This document shows, piece after piece, positions 62,748-64,000 of a DNA stretch of 64,000 nucleotides. The notes below the pieces were generated by a model. It was given only the letters and a program-made list of their open reading frames with translations. It was not told where the DNA came from and ran no database searches. How positions within the stretch are numbered: the first letter of the stretch is position 1; every line of letters begins with the position of its first letter. The translations under genes were made by a program, and so were the position numbers. Source of the stretch: Marinicella sp. (lineage in GTDB: Bacteria > Pseudomonadota > Gammaproteobacteria > Xanthomonadales > Marinicellaceae); assembly GCA_965230295.1 (NCBI GenBank), contig OZ246001.1, positions 1,792,001 to 1,856,000 on the forward strand, written 5' to 3'.

Positions 62748-62918
62748 GATTATTGACTCTCTCTAATTAGGTGACCTTAACTGAAGGGCTTCCCGTACAG
62801 GGGTCACAATACAAATAATAAATATCCGCACAGGACATTTTCCTTCATTCATATTAAAATAGCCGATTCAGAATGTAAATCACATATTATAAAAGTTTAC
62901 AATTGCCTTGGTATTAAT

Positions 62919-64000
62919 TTGAAGAAACGACAATTAAAATCGCTGTTCTGCGTCTTACTCGTGTCCTCAACCACATCCGCCTGGTCGCAAACAGACAGCT
63001 GTCCTGCGGTTGATGTGTTGTTGACAGAGGAGCAACAAAACTGTGTGGATCAAACAACAACACCTGGAAAGGTTGGTCTGCTGGCCCGCCGGTCTGCATT
63101 GTTAGACAGCAATGAATTCTTGTTGGATGGTGATGTGTGCATCATGCAAAATGATTTGCGGTTGATGACACCTAAATTATTTTATCACCAACAAGACCAA
63201 ACTTTCGACAGTGAGGGCGGGGTGCTGCTACAAAACAGCGACCAGCGAATCAGTGCTGATGACATCAAGTATAATTCAATCGACTTGACTGCGAACTTAC
63301 AGCAAGTGAACTTTTTCCTGATGGATTCAGACATCAATGGCAAGGCCGATCAGATGCTATTGAACCAGGATAACTCGAGACTGTCGCGCTTGACATTTTC
63401 CACTTGTTCACCGCAACAAAGGGATTGGGAAATTGTGGCCAAATCAGCAGAGTTGGATCATGATGAAGGCGTGGGTACATTTAAGAACGTGAGTTTACGT
63501 TTCAGAGATGTTCCCATTTTTTATCTGCCTTGGGCTAAATTACCATTGAATGATGATCGCCGAACCGGTTTGTTGATCCCGGGATTTTCATACTCAGATA
63601 ACACCGGGCTTGATTTGTCTTTGCCTTATTACATCAACATTGCACCAAAAATGGACGCCACCTTGACCCCACGTTTCCTGCAACAGCATGGCATGATGTT
63701 GGGCGCTGAGTTTCGATACATGAGTGAACGCAGTCGCGGCACTTTCGAAGGAACTTACTTACCCAATGATGATCGTCGGAATCGTGATAGGGGATTGATC
63801 GATTACCAACACCAAACACGGTTTGGGCGGGGTTGGTCATTCAACAGCGACCTGAATCATGTAACCGATTCACAATATTATGAAGATTTTTCTTCCAGCT
63901 CGTACATCACGTCCACACCTTACCTGCGCAGTGCCATCAATGTCAGAGGCAATGGTTTGAATTGGCGGTTTTTTGCCGGTATCAATGATTATCAAGTGCT
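62919..64000 (+). CDS. lptD: LPS-assembly protein LptD (truncated by window end)
   Basis: Not in the ORF track; open from TTG 62919 to the end, reading FSTCSP..DW, VPIFYLPW, RRTGLLIP, LPYYINIAP..DATLTPR, EFRY, TDSQYYEDF. Confidence 0.93.
   Translation, partial: MKKRQLKSLFCVLLVSSTTSAWSQTDSCPAVDVLLTEEQQNCVDQTTTPGKVGLLARRSALLDSNEFLLDGDVCIMQNDLRLMTPKLFYHQQDQTFDSEGGVLLQNSDQRISADDIKYNSIDLTANLQQVNFFLMDSDINGKADQMLLNQDNSRLSRLTFSTCSPQQRDWEIVAKSAELDHDEGVGTFKNVSLRFRDVPIFYLPWAKLPLNDDRRTGLLIPGFSYSDNTGLDLSLPYYINIAPKMDATLTPRFLQQHGMMLGAEFRYMSERSRGTFEGTYLPNDDRRNRDRGLIDYQHQTRFGRGWSFNSDLNHVTDSQYYEDFSSSSYITSTPYLRSAINVRGNGLNWRFFAGINDYQV

Overview
A 64-kb chromosomal segment of a marine-type gammaproteobacterium; the gene set and D-L-I-F-x-x-x-F-E protein tags suggest a Marinicella/Lysobacterales-like organism (inference). 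1-16 kb: an AT-rich surface-glycan locus with seven sulfotransferase domains, five glycosyltransferase-like domains, an OafA-type acyltransferase, an LTA-synthase-family protein and a methyltransferase, with one small secreted beta-rich protein in the middle. 16-44.6 kb: mostly core genes (polA, tauE-like, DUF853 ATPase, M17 peptidase, elaA, waaA, tsaC, topA, smg, dprA, LysM/TsaP-like, def, purA, hflC/K/X, hfq) plus two large secreted proteins. 45.4-56 kb: a second glycan-modification cluster, including a 2OG-Fe(II) oxygenase broken by one in-frame TAA. 56-64 kb: Ser/Thr kinase, aspS, hydrolase, mscS, methyltransferase, yegP and a partial lptD missing from the ORF track. Best candidates for undescribed biology: (1) a possible donor-strand docking system, in which two secreted proteins carry a DLI(F/Y)AxxF(E/D) tag and a stand-alone secreted domain appears to lack exactly that strand; (2) a family of modular, covarying non-coding elements at 18.7-19.5 kb and 43.7-45.3 kb built from a hairpin seen 12 times, ~110-bp tandem units and CsrA-type GGA hairpins; (3) a DARS/datA-like cluster of DnaA boxes with an IHF site at ~20.1 kb. 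No rRNA, tRNA, CRISPR array, transposase or integrase was found. All family assignments come from motif recognition by eye; no database search or folding program was run.
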